A stretch of DNA of 64,000 nucleotides from an uncultured Planctomycetia bacterium. GTDB lineage: Bacteria > Planctomycetota > MHYJ01 > WSZJ01. The stretch's first letter is position 1. Each line of letters opens with the position of its first letter. Made by a program: the position numbers and the translations under genes. Shown here piece by piece: positions 27,421 through 35,989 of the stretch. The notes beneath the pieces are model-generated. The model saw nothing but the letters and a program-made list of their open reading frames with translations. It searched no databases and was not told the DNA's origin. The DNA lies in assembly GCA_964590435.1 (NCBI GenBank), contig CAZPWT010000005.1:67470-131469 (forward strand), written 5' to 3'.

Positions 27421-28013
27421 TCGGCCGCCGCCTCGAGCGAGACCGGGTCGACGTGCCCTTCCTTCAGGTCCACGAACCCCGTCACCGGGCTCGCCACGAT
27501 CGTGAACTTCGAGTTGTCCTCCTCGCCCGTGATCCAGATCGTGTGGCTCCGGATCGAGCCGTACGGCGTGCACTCCACCGTCACCGGCATCACCTCCGCC
27601 GCCTGCTCCGCGCTCCACACGATCTTCTCGAACTTCACCCCGTCCGGGAGCTTCCGCTCCATCGTCCGCACCCACTTGTACTCCGCGTCCTTGAACGCGT
27701 TCTCCGCCGTGTCCGCAGGCTCTTCCTCGTCCCCCGACTGGTTCACCTTCTCCGGCGACAGGATCCAGTACGTCTTGTTCGGCACGTCGTACTGGATGTA
27801 GTGCGGCATGCCGGTGCTCATGGCGGAAGCGCGGGCCAGGCGCAGCTCGGAGGCGATTTCGCGCACGCAGGAGCGGACCCTGTAGCGCGGCAGGAGATTG
27901 TCGATGCGCCCCACAGTCACGAGCAGCAGGACGCCCATGATCACGAGCACGACCGACAGCTCGATCAGCGTGTACCCGCCCTGCCGGCCGGCGGAACGGC
28001 GGAATGCGCGCAT
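27417..28013 (-). CDS. gspH: Type II secretion minor pseudopilin GspH-like
   Basis: GGYTLIELSVVLVIMGVLLLVTVG prepilin N-terminus; 198 aa; ATGA overlap with gspI. Confidence 0.7.
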   Translation of the reverse strand: MRAFRRSAGRQGGYTLIELSVVLVIMGVLLLVTVGRIDNLLPRYRVRSCVREIASELRLARASAMSTGMPHYIQYDVPNKTYWILSPEKVNQSGDEEEPADTAENAFKDAEYKWVRTMERKLPDGVKFEKIVWSAEQAAEVMPVTVECTPYGSIRSHTIWITGEEDNSKFTIVASPVTGFVDLKEGHVDPVSLEAAAE

Positions 28014-28032
28014 GGCGGTGCCCTCGGGGGCT

Positions 28033-28485
28033 CTACTTCTTCTGCTCGTCGTCCATCGTCCAGTAGCTCAGGTCGGCGTCGAACCCCTCGCCCCCCTGCT
28101 GGTTGTCCGCGCCGTACGCGATGATGTCGAACTCTTTGCCGTTGTCCGCGGGCTTCTTGAAGATGTAATCCGAACCCCACGGATCCTTCGGCACCTTCTC
28201 CAGGTACCCGCCCTCCGGCCAGTCCTTCGCGAACGACGGCCGGTTCACCAGGTCCTCCATCGCGTCCGGGTACCGGTTCTGCTCCATCTTGAACAGCTTC
28301 ACCTGGTCCGCGATGTGCTTGATGTCGCCCTTCGCCCGCGTCACCTTCGCCTTGTCGGCGCGCGACACCAGCACGGGCGTCACGGCGGCGGCCAGCACCC
28401 CGATGATCACCAGCACGATCATCAGTTCCATCAGCGTGAAGCCGCTGTTGGCGCGGCGGATATTGCGGCGGTCGCGGCGAAGCAT
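28033..28485 (-). CDS. gspG: Type II secretion major pseudopilin GspG
   Basis: NSGFTLMELMIVLVIIGVLAAAVTP; conserved DPWGSDY box; 150 aa; perfect RBS AGGAGG 6 nt upstream. Confidence 0.88.
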   Translation of the reverse strand: MLRRDRRNIRRANSGFTLMELMIVLVIIGVLAAAVTPVLVSRADKAKVTRAKGDIKHIADQVKLFKMEQNRYPDAMEDLVNRPSFAKDWPEGGYLEKVPKDPWGSDYIFKKPADNGKEFDIIAYGADNQQGGEGFDADLSYWTMDDEQKK

Positions 28486-28663
28486 GAATCCTCCTGGTTA
28501 CTGCGGTTGACCCGTCATTGTACGCCCGCTCCGTCCCGCGGGCCTCTGGAGATTCAACGAGCGGCGCGCGGGGACGTTGGGTGGGAAGCGGATTTTCCTG
28601 GAGGAACCGTTGGCGGGCGAAATGCGCGCACTCGGTCGAGAGCCCCTTCCAATCCCACTCAAC

Positions 28664-28700
28664 CTTCGACTTTCGACCTTCGACGCATTCTTCGACGCCT
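28664..28700. repeat. GTCGAAGG-family repeat copy between gspF and gspG
   Basis: ccttcgactttcgaccttcgacgcattcttcgacgcc: the reverse-complement form of the GTCGAAGG units, with a short internal inverted repeat (gtcgaagaatgcgtcgaag). Confidence 0.65.
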
Positions 28701-28703
28701 TCC

Positions 28704-29930
28704 CTACATGTTCGACAGATCCAGGATCGGCAGGAGCACCGCCATCACGATGAACCCGACCACGACCGCCATCACCACGATCATGATCGGCTCGATCAGG
28801 CTCGTGACCTTCTGCGTCGTCAGCTCCATCTCCTCGTCGTACGACTGCGACACCTTCCGAAGCATCTGCTCCAGCTGCCCCGATTCCTCGCCGATCGCGA
28901 CCATGTAGCAGACCGTCGGCGGGAAGAGCTTCGATTGCTTGAGCGGCGCGCTGATGTCCGAGCCTTCCATGACGCGGCCGCGGACCTTGGCGATGACCTC
29001 GGCCAGGACGACGTTGCCCATGATGCGCTCGGTGATGGAGAGCGCTTCCATGACGGGCAACCCGGATTCCAGCAGCGTGGCGAGAGTGGAGGCGAAGCGG
29101 GAGATGGCGGCCTTGCGGAAGAGTTCGCCGAGGGCGGGGACGCGGAGGATGAAGCCGTCCCAGGCGCGGCGGCCGTTGGTGGTGTTGGTGAAGAGCTTGA
29201 AGGCGATCCAGGCGGCGACGAGGCCGCCGAGGAGGAACGGCCAGTAGCCGCGGAGGATGTTGGTGATGGTGACGAGGATGACGGTGGGGAGGGGCATCGC
29301 GATCTTCTGCTTCTCGAGCACGTCGAGGATGCGGGGGACGACGACGCCGAGGAGGAAGGTGACGACGCCGACGCCGACGACGCACATGACGAGGGGGTAG
29401 GTGAGGGCGGCCATGACCTTGCCGGCGAGGCGGTTCTGCTGGTGCATGTAGTCGGCGAGGCGGGTGAGGATCTGGTCGAGGCTGCCGGAGGCTTCGCCGG
29501 AGCGGACCATGTTGACGTAGAGGTCGCCGAAGTAGGCGGGGTGGTTGGCGAGGGCGTCGGCGAAGGTGGAGCCCTGGCCGATGCGTTCGCGGACGTCGCG
29601 CATGACGGCGTTGATCTTCGCGTTGCCGGTCTGCTCGATGATGGCCTTCATGGCCTCGTTGAGCGGGGTGCCGGCCCCGAGGAGGGTGGCGAGCTGGCGC
29701 GTGACGAGGGCGATCTCGATGGGGCTCTTGCGCTGCGCGAACTTCGGCAGGAACGCCATCCGCTTCTTCTGGGCCTCGGCCTTGACGCCCTGGACGACGG
29801 CGTCGAGCTGCGTGACGTGGAGGTTCTGCATCCGCAGCTTCGAGCGGGCCTCGCGCGGGGAATCGGCATCGATGACGCCGATCGCGGCGTCGCCGGATTC
29901 CTTGATGGCTTTGTAGCTGAAGACGGGCAT
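28704..29930 (-). CDS. gspF: Type II secretion inner-membrane platform protein GspF
   Basis: 408 aa; duplicated GspF/PilC cytoplasmic domains (QLATLLGAGTPL ... TLATLLESGLPV) and three TM segments. Confidence 0.88.
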   Translation of the reverse strand: MPVFSYKAIKESGDAAIGVIDADSPREARSKLRMQNLHVTQLDAVVQGVKAEAQKKRMAFLPKFAQRKSPIEIALVTRQLATLLGAGTPLNEAMKAIIEQTGNAKINAVMRDVRERIGQGSTFADALANHPAYFGDLYVNMVRSGEASGSLDQILTRLADYMHQQNRLAGKVMAALTYPLVMCVVGVGVVTFLLGVVVPRILDVLEKQKIAMPLPTVILVTITNILRGYWPFLLGGLVAAWIAFKLFTNTTNGRRAWDGFILRVPALGELFRKAAISRFASTLATLLESGLPVMEALSITERIMGNVVLAEVIAKVRGRVMEGSDISAPLKQSKLFPPTVCYMVAIGEESGQLEQMLRKVSQSYDEEMELTTQKVTSLIEPIMIVVMAVVVGFIVMAVLLPILDLSNM

Positions 29931-29953
29931 GCGGTTGGGGCGGGCTTTGCCTT

Positions 29954-30053
29954 TTGAAAGACGTCGAAGGTCTAAGGTCGAAGGTTAACCGCGTCCGAAC
30001 GGGAGCCGGCATTGCTCGGGCCGGCCTTCGACTTTCGACCTTCGACCTTCGAC
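29954..30053. repeat. GTCGAAGG-family inverted repeat between gspE and gspF
   Basis: tgaaagacgtcgaaggtctaaggtcgaagg ... ccttcgactttcgaccttcgaccttcgacg (30-nt arms, 40-nt spacer). Confidence 0.8.
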
Positions 30054-30057
30054 GCCG

Positions 30058-31764
30058 TCATACAACGTCCATCTGCGTCACCCGGATGACTTCCTCGATC
30101 GTCGTCCTTCCTTCCAGCACCTTCAGCGCCCCGTCCATCCGGAGCGTCCTCAGGCCCACCTTCACGGCGTCCTGCTTGATGAGCGTCGAGCTGACCTTCG
30201 AGACCACCTGGTCGCGGACGTGGTCGGTGATCGGCAGGATCTCGTAGATGCCGGTGCGGTCGTGATACCCCGTGCCGAGGCACCGGTCGCAGCCGCGGCC
30301 CTTCCAGAGCGTCATCTTCGGACAGCGCTCGGGGGAGAGGCCGATCGAGAAGAGGTCCTCGGGGGTCACGGGCTGCGGCTCCTTGCAGCCGGGGCAGATG
30401 AGGCGGACGAGGCGCTGGGCGATGACGCCGATCAGGGACGACGCGACGAGGTACGGCTCGACGCCGAGGTCGAGCAGTCGCGTGATGGCGCCGGCGGCGT
30501 CGTTCGTGTGGAGGGTGCTGAACACGAGGTGGCCCGTGAGCGACGACTGGATCGCGATGTCGGCGGTTTCGCCGTCGCGGATTTCGCCGACCATGATGAT
30601 GTTCGGGTCCTGGCGCACGATCGACCTCAGCCCCGTCGCGAACGTCAGCCCCTTCTTCGGCGAAACCTCGATCTGGCTGATCCCCTGGATGTGGTATTCG
30701 ACCGGGTCCTCGATCGTGATCACGTTTTTCGCGGTCGAATTGATCGTCTTCAGCGCCGAGTACAGCGTCGTGGACTTCCCCGACCCCGTCGGCCCCGTCA
30801 CGAGAAGGACCCCGTGCGAGCACTTCACCAGCTTGCTCATCGTCCCGTACTGCATCTCGTCGAGGCCCAGCTCGCGCAGGTCGAGCAGGCGGCCGCTCTT
30901 GTCGAGCAACCGCATGACGATGCGCTCGCCGTTCGACGTCGGCACGCTCGAGATACGCACGTCCACGTCGTTGTCGCCCACCTTGATCGTCGCGCGGCCG
31001 TCCTGCGGCAGCCGCCGCTCCGCGATGTCCATCTTCCCCATGATCTTGATGCGGCTGATGATCGCGTCCTGGATCTTCTTCGGCGGCGTCATCATGTCGT
31101 ACAGGATGCCGTCGATGCGGTACCGCACCTGCAGCTTCTCCTCGTACGGCTGGATGTGGATGTCGCTGGCGCGCATCTTCAGCGCCTGGAACATGATCAT
31201 GTTCACCAGCTTGATGATCGGCGCCTTGTTCGCCATGTCGAGGAGGTCGTGCCCCTCCTCGAGCTCGCGCGCCAGCCCGGCCATCTCGTCGTCCTCGAGG
31301 TCCTCCAGCATCTCGTCGACGACGTCCATCTTCTTCTGGTACGCCTTGTTGATCAGCGCCGTGATCTCGCTCTTCGGCGCCAGCACGATCGTCACCGTCT
31401 TCCCCACCATCAGCGCCAGCTCGTCGAGCGGGTGGAAGTCGAACGGGTTGCACGTCACCACGCGGATCGCCCCGTTCTCCTCGCCGATCCCCACCAGGTT
31501 GTGGCTCCGCGCGAACTGCACCGGCACCGCTTCCACGAACGCCGCCGGCACTTCCGCGTCCCCCAGCCGGTCCATCAGCGGCGCCGCAAGGGCCTTCGAG
31601 AACGCCTTCAGCATCTGCTTCTCGTTCAGGAACCCCCGGGTCAGCAGCACCCGGTCGATCGGTTCACGCGACTCCGTGGAAACGGCGAAGGCCTCGTCCA
31701 CCTTCGTGTCGGCGAGGCCGCCGTCCTCCACCAGCGCTTTGCGGAACCGCTCGAGCAGCAGCAT
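30058..31764 (-). CDS. gspE: Type II secretion ATPase GspE
   Basis: Walker A LLVTGPTGSGKSTTLYSAL; Asp/His boxes; tetracysteine CPGCK...CDRCLGTG zinc motif. Confidence 0.92.
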   Translation of the reverse strand: MLLLERFRKALVEDGGLADTKVDEAFAVSTESREPIDRVLLTRGFLNEKQMLKAFSKALAAPLMDRLGDAEVPAAFVEAVPVQFARSHNLVGIGEENGAIRVVTCNPFDFHPLDELALMVGKTVTIVLAPKSEITALINKAYQKKMDVVDEMLEDLEDDEMAGLARELEEGHDLLDMANKAPIIKLVNMIMFQALKMRASDIHIQPYEEKLQVRYRIDGILYDMMTPPKKIQDAIISRIKIMGKMDIAERRLPQDGRATIKVGDNDVDVRISSVPTSNGERIVMRLLDKSGRLLDLRELGLDEMQYGTMSKLVKCSHGVLLVTGPTGSGKSTTLYSALKTINSTAKNVITIEDPVEYHIQGISQIEVSPKKGLTFATGLRSIVRQDPNIIMVGEIRDGETADIAIQSSLTGHLVFSTLHTNDAAGAITRLLDLGVEPYLVASSLIGVIAQRLVRLICPGCKEPQPVTPEDLFSIGLSPERCPKMTLWKGRGCDRCLGTGYHDRTGIYEILPITDHVRDQVVSKVSSTLIKQDAVKVGLRTLRMDGALKVLEGRTTIEEVIRVTQMDVV

Positions 31765-33854
31765 TACTTCTTCTCCCCGCCGGAACCCTTCTTGAACGGG
31801 CTGTGGAACTCAAACAGGTCCGCCGAGTTCGGCTCGAACTGCCCCAGCATGTGCTTGCCGACCCACTTCTTCGACAGCCGGAAGATCGAGTTCTGCTTCG
31901 ACAGCGTCAGGCGCTTGAAGTCGGTGAAGTCGGGGTCGCTGAGGATGATCGGGGTGATGAAAAGGTACAGGGTGACCTTGGTGCCGTCGCGGACGGTGCG
32001 CTGGAAGAGCTGCCCGAGGAGGGGGATGTCCTCGAGGATCGGGATACCGGTGGTGGTCTCGCTGATCTGGTCGCTCACGAGGCCGCCGATGACGACGGTG
32101 TAGGTGTTGGGGAGCGTGACCTTGGTGATGACGGAGCGGTTCGTGATGGGTGGCGGCACCGTGGAATCCGCCGAGGGGCGGGCCTGGAACTGGGAGACCG
32201 TGAGATCGACCTCGAGCTGCAGGTAGTTGTCGGCAGAGATGTGCGGCGTGATCTTGAGCGTGATGCCCGCGGACGTCGTGCTGCCGCTTCCCGCGGTCAC
32301 GACGCCTGTCGTGGTCGTCGTGGTGACGGTGGTCACGACCTCGGTCAGCGTGAGGGTCGCGGCCTCGTTGTCGTTCGTGGTCACCTGCGGGAGGGAAAGG
32401 ACGTTGATCTTGCGCTTGGCGCTCATGGCGTGGAGCAGGACGGGGAGCTTCCCGGCCGCGCCACGGATGAGGCCCGTCGTGAGGCCCGGGAGGCCGTCGT
32501 TGGGGACCTTGATGTCCGGGATGCTGTCACCGTCGGTGTCGGTCAGGACGCCGAGGCCGAAGTTCGCGTTGGCGAAGCCGCGCGTCCGGCCGTCCGCCGG
32601 GTTGGCGGCCGCCGCCAGCTCGAACCCGAGGTCGAACTGGTCGTTGTCGTTGACCTCGAAGATCGCCGCCTCGATGACCACCTGCGGGCGGCGCTTGTCC
32701 AGCTCGGCGATGAAGACCTCCATCGCGTCCCAGACCTCGGGGGTGGCGACGACGAGAAGAGCGTTGTTCTGCAGGTCCGCCGTGATGGACACCTGGACCT
32801 GCTGGTTCGGCGGCGTCGCGGTCCCGACGGCGGCGTCCGCGCCCCGCGCCGGCTGGTTCGCCCCGCCGCGCGGCTGCGATGTGTTGCTCGTCCCGCCACC
32901 GAAGATCGACTGCAGGACCGTCGCCAGCGTTTCCGCCCTCGCATGCTTGAGCCGGTACACGTGCAGGTTCGTCGGCGAGCGCTCCGGCCGGATGTCGAGC
33001 TTCATGATCATGTCCTTGATCTGCACCATGCGGTCGGGCAGCGCCAGGACGATGAGCGAGTTCGTGCGGAAGTCCGACCCGATCGACACCTGCTCCTGCT
33101 GCGGCACCGGAACGCCGGGACGCGGCGGCTGGGCGCGCTGAAGCGTCTGGACGAGCTGGTTGAGCTTCGGCTCGAGCTCCGTGGCGCTCGCGAACCGCAG
33201 CGAGATCACCTCGAGCAGCACGTCCGGCTGCTTGCGGTCGATCATCGCGATGATCAACTGGATGCGCTTCACGTTGATCGCGTAGTCCGTGATGATGATG
33301 GCGTTGAGCGTTTCGCTGGCGAGGACGTTGCGCGGGTCGGACAGCAGGGCCTGCGCCGGGGCGAGGATGTCGCGCGCGCTGGCGTACTTGAGCGCGATCA
33401 CCGCCGTGACCATCTGGTCGCGCGACAGCAGCTTGTCGGCCGCCTCGCCGGGCACGAACGGCACGCCGTTCTTGGAGCTTTCCTCGCGCTTCACGATCGT
33501 GATGACCTCGATCGTCGGCTTGCCGCGCTCGATCTCGAGCTGCTTCGGCACGAGCGCGAGCTGCATGTTGGACAGGACCGACTCGAACAGCAGGAACACG
33601 CCGCTCTCCGGCACCTGCATCGCCCGCGACAGGTTCACCGGCGGCTTCGCCTTCAGCGCTTCCTTGTCGTAGATGAACGCCTTCCCGGTCAGGTTCGAGA
33701 CCATCACGATCAGGTTCTCGATCGTGACGCCGTTCCAGTCGACCTCGATCATCTGCTCGGGCTTCTCCGGCTCCTTCGGCGGCTCGGGGGCCTGCGCGGA
33801 AGCCACGTTCGCCAGCAAGCCGACCAGCGAGGCCACGGCCAGGTAACGCTTCAT
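31764..33854 (-). CDS. gspD: Type II secretion outer-membrane secretin GspD
   Basis: Signal peptide MKRYLAVASLVGLLANVASA; N0 domain (VDWNGVTIENLIVMVSNLTGKAFIYD...VNLSRAMQVPESGVFLLFESVLSNMQLALV); C-terminal secretin domain (VVIGGLVSDQISETTTGIPILEDIPLLGQLFQRT). TAATG overlap with gspE. Confidence 0.9.
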   Translation of the reverse strand: MKRYLAVASLVGLLANVASAQAPEPPKEPEKPEQMIEVDWNGVTIENLIVMVSNLTGKAFIYDKEALKAKPPVNLSRAMQVPESGVFLLFESVLSNMQLALVPKQLEIERGKPTIEVITIVKREESSKNGVPFVPGEAADKLLSRDQMVTAVIALKYASARDILAPAQALLSDPRNVLASETLNAIIITDYAINVKRIQLIIAMIDRKQPDVLLEVISLRFASATELEPKLNQLVQTLQRAQPPRPGVPVPQQEQVSIGSDFRTNSLIVLALPDRMVQIKDMIMKLDIRPERSPTNLHVYRLKHARAETLATVLQSIFGGGTSNTSQPRGGANQPARGADAAVGTATPPNQQVQVSITADLQNNALLVVATPEVWDAMEVFIAELDKRRPQVVIEAAIFEVNDNDQFDLGFELAAAANPADGRTRGFANANFGLGVLTDTDGDSIPDIKVPNDGLPGLTTGLIRGAAGKLPVLLHAMSAKRKINVLSLPQVTTNDNEAATLTLTEVVTTVTTTTTTGVVTAGSGSTTSAGITLKITPHISADNYLQLEVDLTVSQFQARPSADSTVPPPITNRSVITKVTLPNTYTVVIGGLVSDQISETTTGIPILEDIPLLGQLFQRTVRDGTKVTLYLFITPIILSDPDFTDFKRLTLSKQNSIFRLSKKWVGKHMLGQFEPNSADLFEFHSPFKKGSGGEKK

Positions 33855-34609
33855 TTGTTGGTCCCTTTGTCGATCTTGAACCGGAGGTTGAGGGGAAGGA
33901 CGAGCTCGCCGTTCTCGATCACCAGCTTCTGCCGCTGCAGCTCCGGCGCTTCCAGGACGCCGAAGTCCAGCACGCGCTTCTCACCGTTGCATTCGTACTC
34001 GAGGATCGGTTCGCCCTTGTCGGTGTAGCCGAGGAGGCGGATGCGGACTTCGGGAAGGGGGATGCGGGCGTCGAGGCCGGCGGCGGCGGGGGCCTCGGGG
34101 AGGCGCCACGGGGCGATGGTCGCGGTATCGACGGGGACCGGGGGGACGGGAAGGCCGCCCGAGGTCACGGAAGAGCGTTCTCCGGCGCGGACGGTCACGT
34201 TTCCCTGGCCGCCGGTGAGGAGGACCGTGCCCTCGACGACTTCGACCGAGAGCCGGCGGCCGCGCGACGGCAGGCGCGGCGCGGTCGACTCCTTGCGCGT
34301 GAACGGCACCAGCTTCCACGCGCCGTCCTTCGACGGCACCAGCGTGATCGACTGCGTCAGCTCGAGCGTCACGCCGAACGCGAGGAACACTTCCTCCGGC
34401 GTCCCGTTCTTCACGAACGTCAGCGTCTTCCCTTCCAGCATCGCCGGCGTGGACTCAAACTTCCGCCCCGTCGCCTGCTCCACGTCCTTCAGCGCTTCGG
34501 CCAGCGGCCGGTCGCGCCTGTCGACGCTGACCCGCCCGCCCGGCTCGCCGGCGACCATGATCCCGCCCGCGAGCGCCGCCGCCGCCACCAGTCGCAGCAT
34601 CGTTTTCAT
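33851..34609 (-). CDS. Secreted STN-like (secretin/TonB N-terminal) domain protein; possible GspC-analogue or FecR partner
   Basis: Start MKTMLRLVAAAALAGG at 34609 (ATGA overlap with the anti-sigma stop); LAEALKDVEQATGRKFESTPAMLEGKTLTF resembles an STN/N0 fold; ATGA overlap with the gspD start. Confidence 0.55.
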   Translation of the reverse strand: MKTMLRLVAAAALAGGIMVAGEPGGRVSVDRRDRPLAEALKDVEQATGRKFESTPAMLEGKTLTFVKNGTPEEVFLAFGVTLELTQSITLVPSKDGAWKLVPFTRKESTAPRLPSRGRRLSVEVVEGTVLLTGGQGNVTVRAGERSSVTSGGLPVPPVPVDTATIAPWRLPEAPAAAGLDARIPLPEVRIRLLGYTDKGEPILEYECNGEKRVLDFGVLEAPELQRQKLVIENGELVLPLNLRFKIDKGTNK

Positions 34610-35301
34610 CAGCGGTACTCCAGGTGGAATTTGGTCCCGATGACTTCGATCGACCCCTCGCGTTCCGCCGACTCGAACCGCAGCCGGCCCTTGTCGCGCG
34701 GCGTCACCTCGGCCCAGAGCTCGCCGTACACCAGCATCACGCTCGGCGCCGCCAGGTCCGACCGGTTGATCATGATCTGCGACCCGTCCGCCAGCACGAT
34801 CAGGTCCCGCGCCCCGGACCGGAACCACACGCGCCCGCCGTTCGTCAGCACGCGGTCCCCCATCCGGATCGTCGTCCCCGTCGCCAGCGGCTCCCAGGTG
34901 GAACCGTCGGCCTTCATGAGAAGCGCCTCTCCGCGGACGTCCTCGGCCTTGAGCTCGTACGCCGGCGCGGCGCGGCCGATGCGGCCGGTCGCGACGCCCC
35001 ACGTCCCGAAGACCAGGAACAGCACGGCGGCGGCGAGCCCGAAGCGGAACCCGGAGTGGCCGCGCGGCTTGACGGCGCGCGATTCGTCGCCGGACGCCGC
35101 GGCCATCGCCGCCACGACGCGCGTCCGCCGCGTCGCGCTCGGCTCCGCCGCCACGGGCAGCTTCTCCGCGATGCGCAGCGTCCTCTCGAGATGCGCCCGC
35201 TCCGCGCGGCACCCCTCGCAGCCCTTCAAATGCTCCACCAGCGCGTCCCGTTCGGCGCCTTCAAGGTCGCCGAGGACCATCGCCGGCAGCAGCTTTTTCA
35301 T
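34609..35301 (-). CDS. Anti-sigma factor: N-terminal zinc-finger anti-sigma domain, TM helix, periplasmic FecR-like domain
   Basis: MKKLLPAMVLGDLEGAERDALVEHLKGCEGCRAERAHL (HxxxCxxC zf-HC2 type); TM FGLAAAVLFLVFGTWGV; C-terminal GDRVLTNGGRVWFRSGARDLIVLADGSQIMINRSDL (FecR-like). Confidence 0.75.
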   Translation of the reverse strand: MKKLLPAMVLGDLEGAERDALVEHLKGCEGCRAERAHLERTLRIAEKLPVAAEPSATRRTRVVAAMAAASGDESRAVKPRGHSGFRFGLAAAVLFLVFGTWGVATGRIGRAAPAYELKAEDVRGEALLMKADGSTWEPLATGTTIRMGDRVLTNGGRVWFRSGARDLIVLADGSQIMINRSDLAAPSVMLVYGELWAEVTPRDKGRLRFESAEREGSIEVIGTKFHLEYR

Positions 35302-35312
35302 CTCTACGCAGC

Positions 35313-35915
35313 TCACAGCGCCGCCTCCGCTTCTCCGCCCTGCCCGGCACGGACCAGTTCGCCCAGCGCCTGCATCGCCTCGTGCACCCGGAATTTCGCC
35401 GTCCCGACCGGGCAGTCCGTGATTTCCGCGATCTCCTTGTAGGACAGGCTGTGGTAGACGCGGAGGATCAGGGCTTCCTTCTTCACGGGCGGCAGTTGCG
35501 ACACGCATTCCCGCACCCGCAGCTCTTCCTCCGTCAGCTCGGCGCGGTCCTCGGGGGCCAGCCCGCCGTCGCGCAGCACGTCCTGCAGGTACAGCACCTT
35601 CCCGCCTTCCTCGCCCACGGGCGAGTCCATCGACGTCATCCGGACCTTCTTCACGCGCTTGATGTGGTCGAGGCACAGGTTGCGCGCGATCGTGTACAGC
35701 CACGTCGAGAACGCCCCCTCCGGCCGGTACGTCCTCAGGTTCTTCAGCACCCGCAGGAATGTCTCCTGGAACAGATCCTCCGCCAGCGCCCGGTCGTCAA
35801 CGTACCGCACGATGAACTGGATCAGCGGCCGTTCGAAGCGCTCCACCAGCTCGCGGAACGCGGCGTTGTCACCGCGCTCGCAGCGCTTGAGGAGGTCGCG
35901 TTCTTCCGGGCTCAT
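35313..35915 (-). CDS. ECF-subfamily sigma-70 factor
   Basis: Region 2 DLFQETFLRVLKNLRTY / STWLYTIARNLCLD; region 4 SYKEIAEITDCPVGTAKFRVHEA; 200 aa. Confidence 0.88.
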   Translation of the reverse strand: MSPEERDLLKRCERGDNAAFRELVERFERPLIQFIVRYVDDRALAEDLFQETFLRVLKNLRTYRPEGAFSTWLYTIARNLCLDHIKRVKKVRMTSMDSPVGEEGGKVLYLQDVLRDGGLAPEDRAELTEEELRVRECVSQLPPVKKEALILRVYHSLSYKEIAEITDCPVGTAKFRVHEAMQALGELVRAGQGGEAEAAL

Positions 35916-35989
35916 CGGGGGGCTCCGCTGGGGACCGAGGTTTAACGAGCGGGACTGGAAGGAGTTGGGGAATTCGGCGAAACGGGAGC

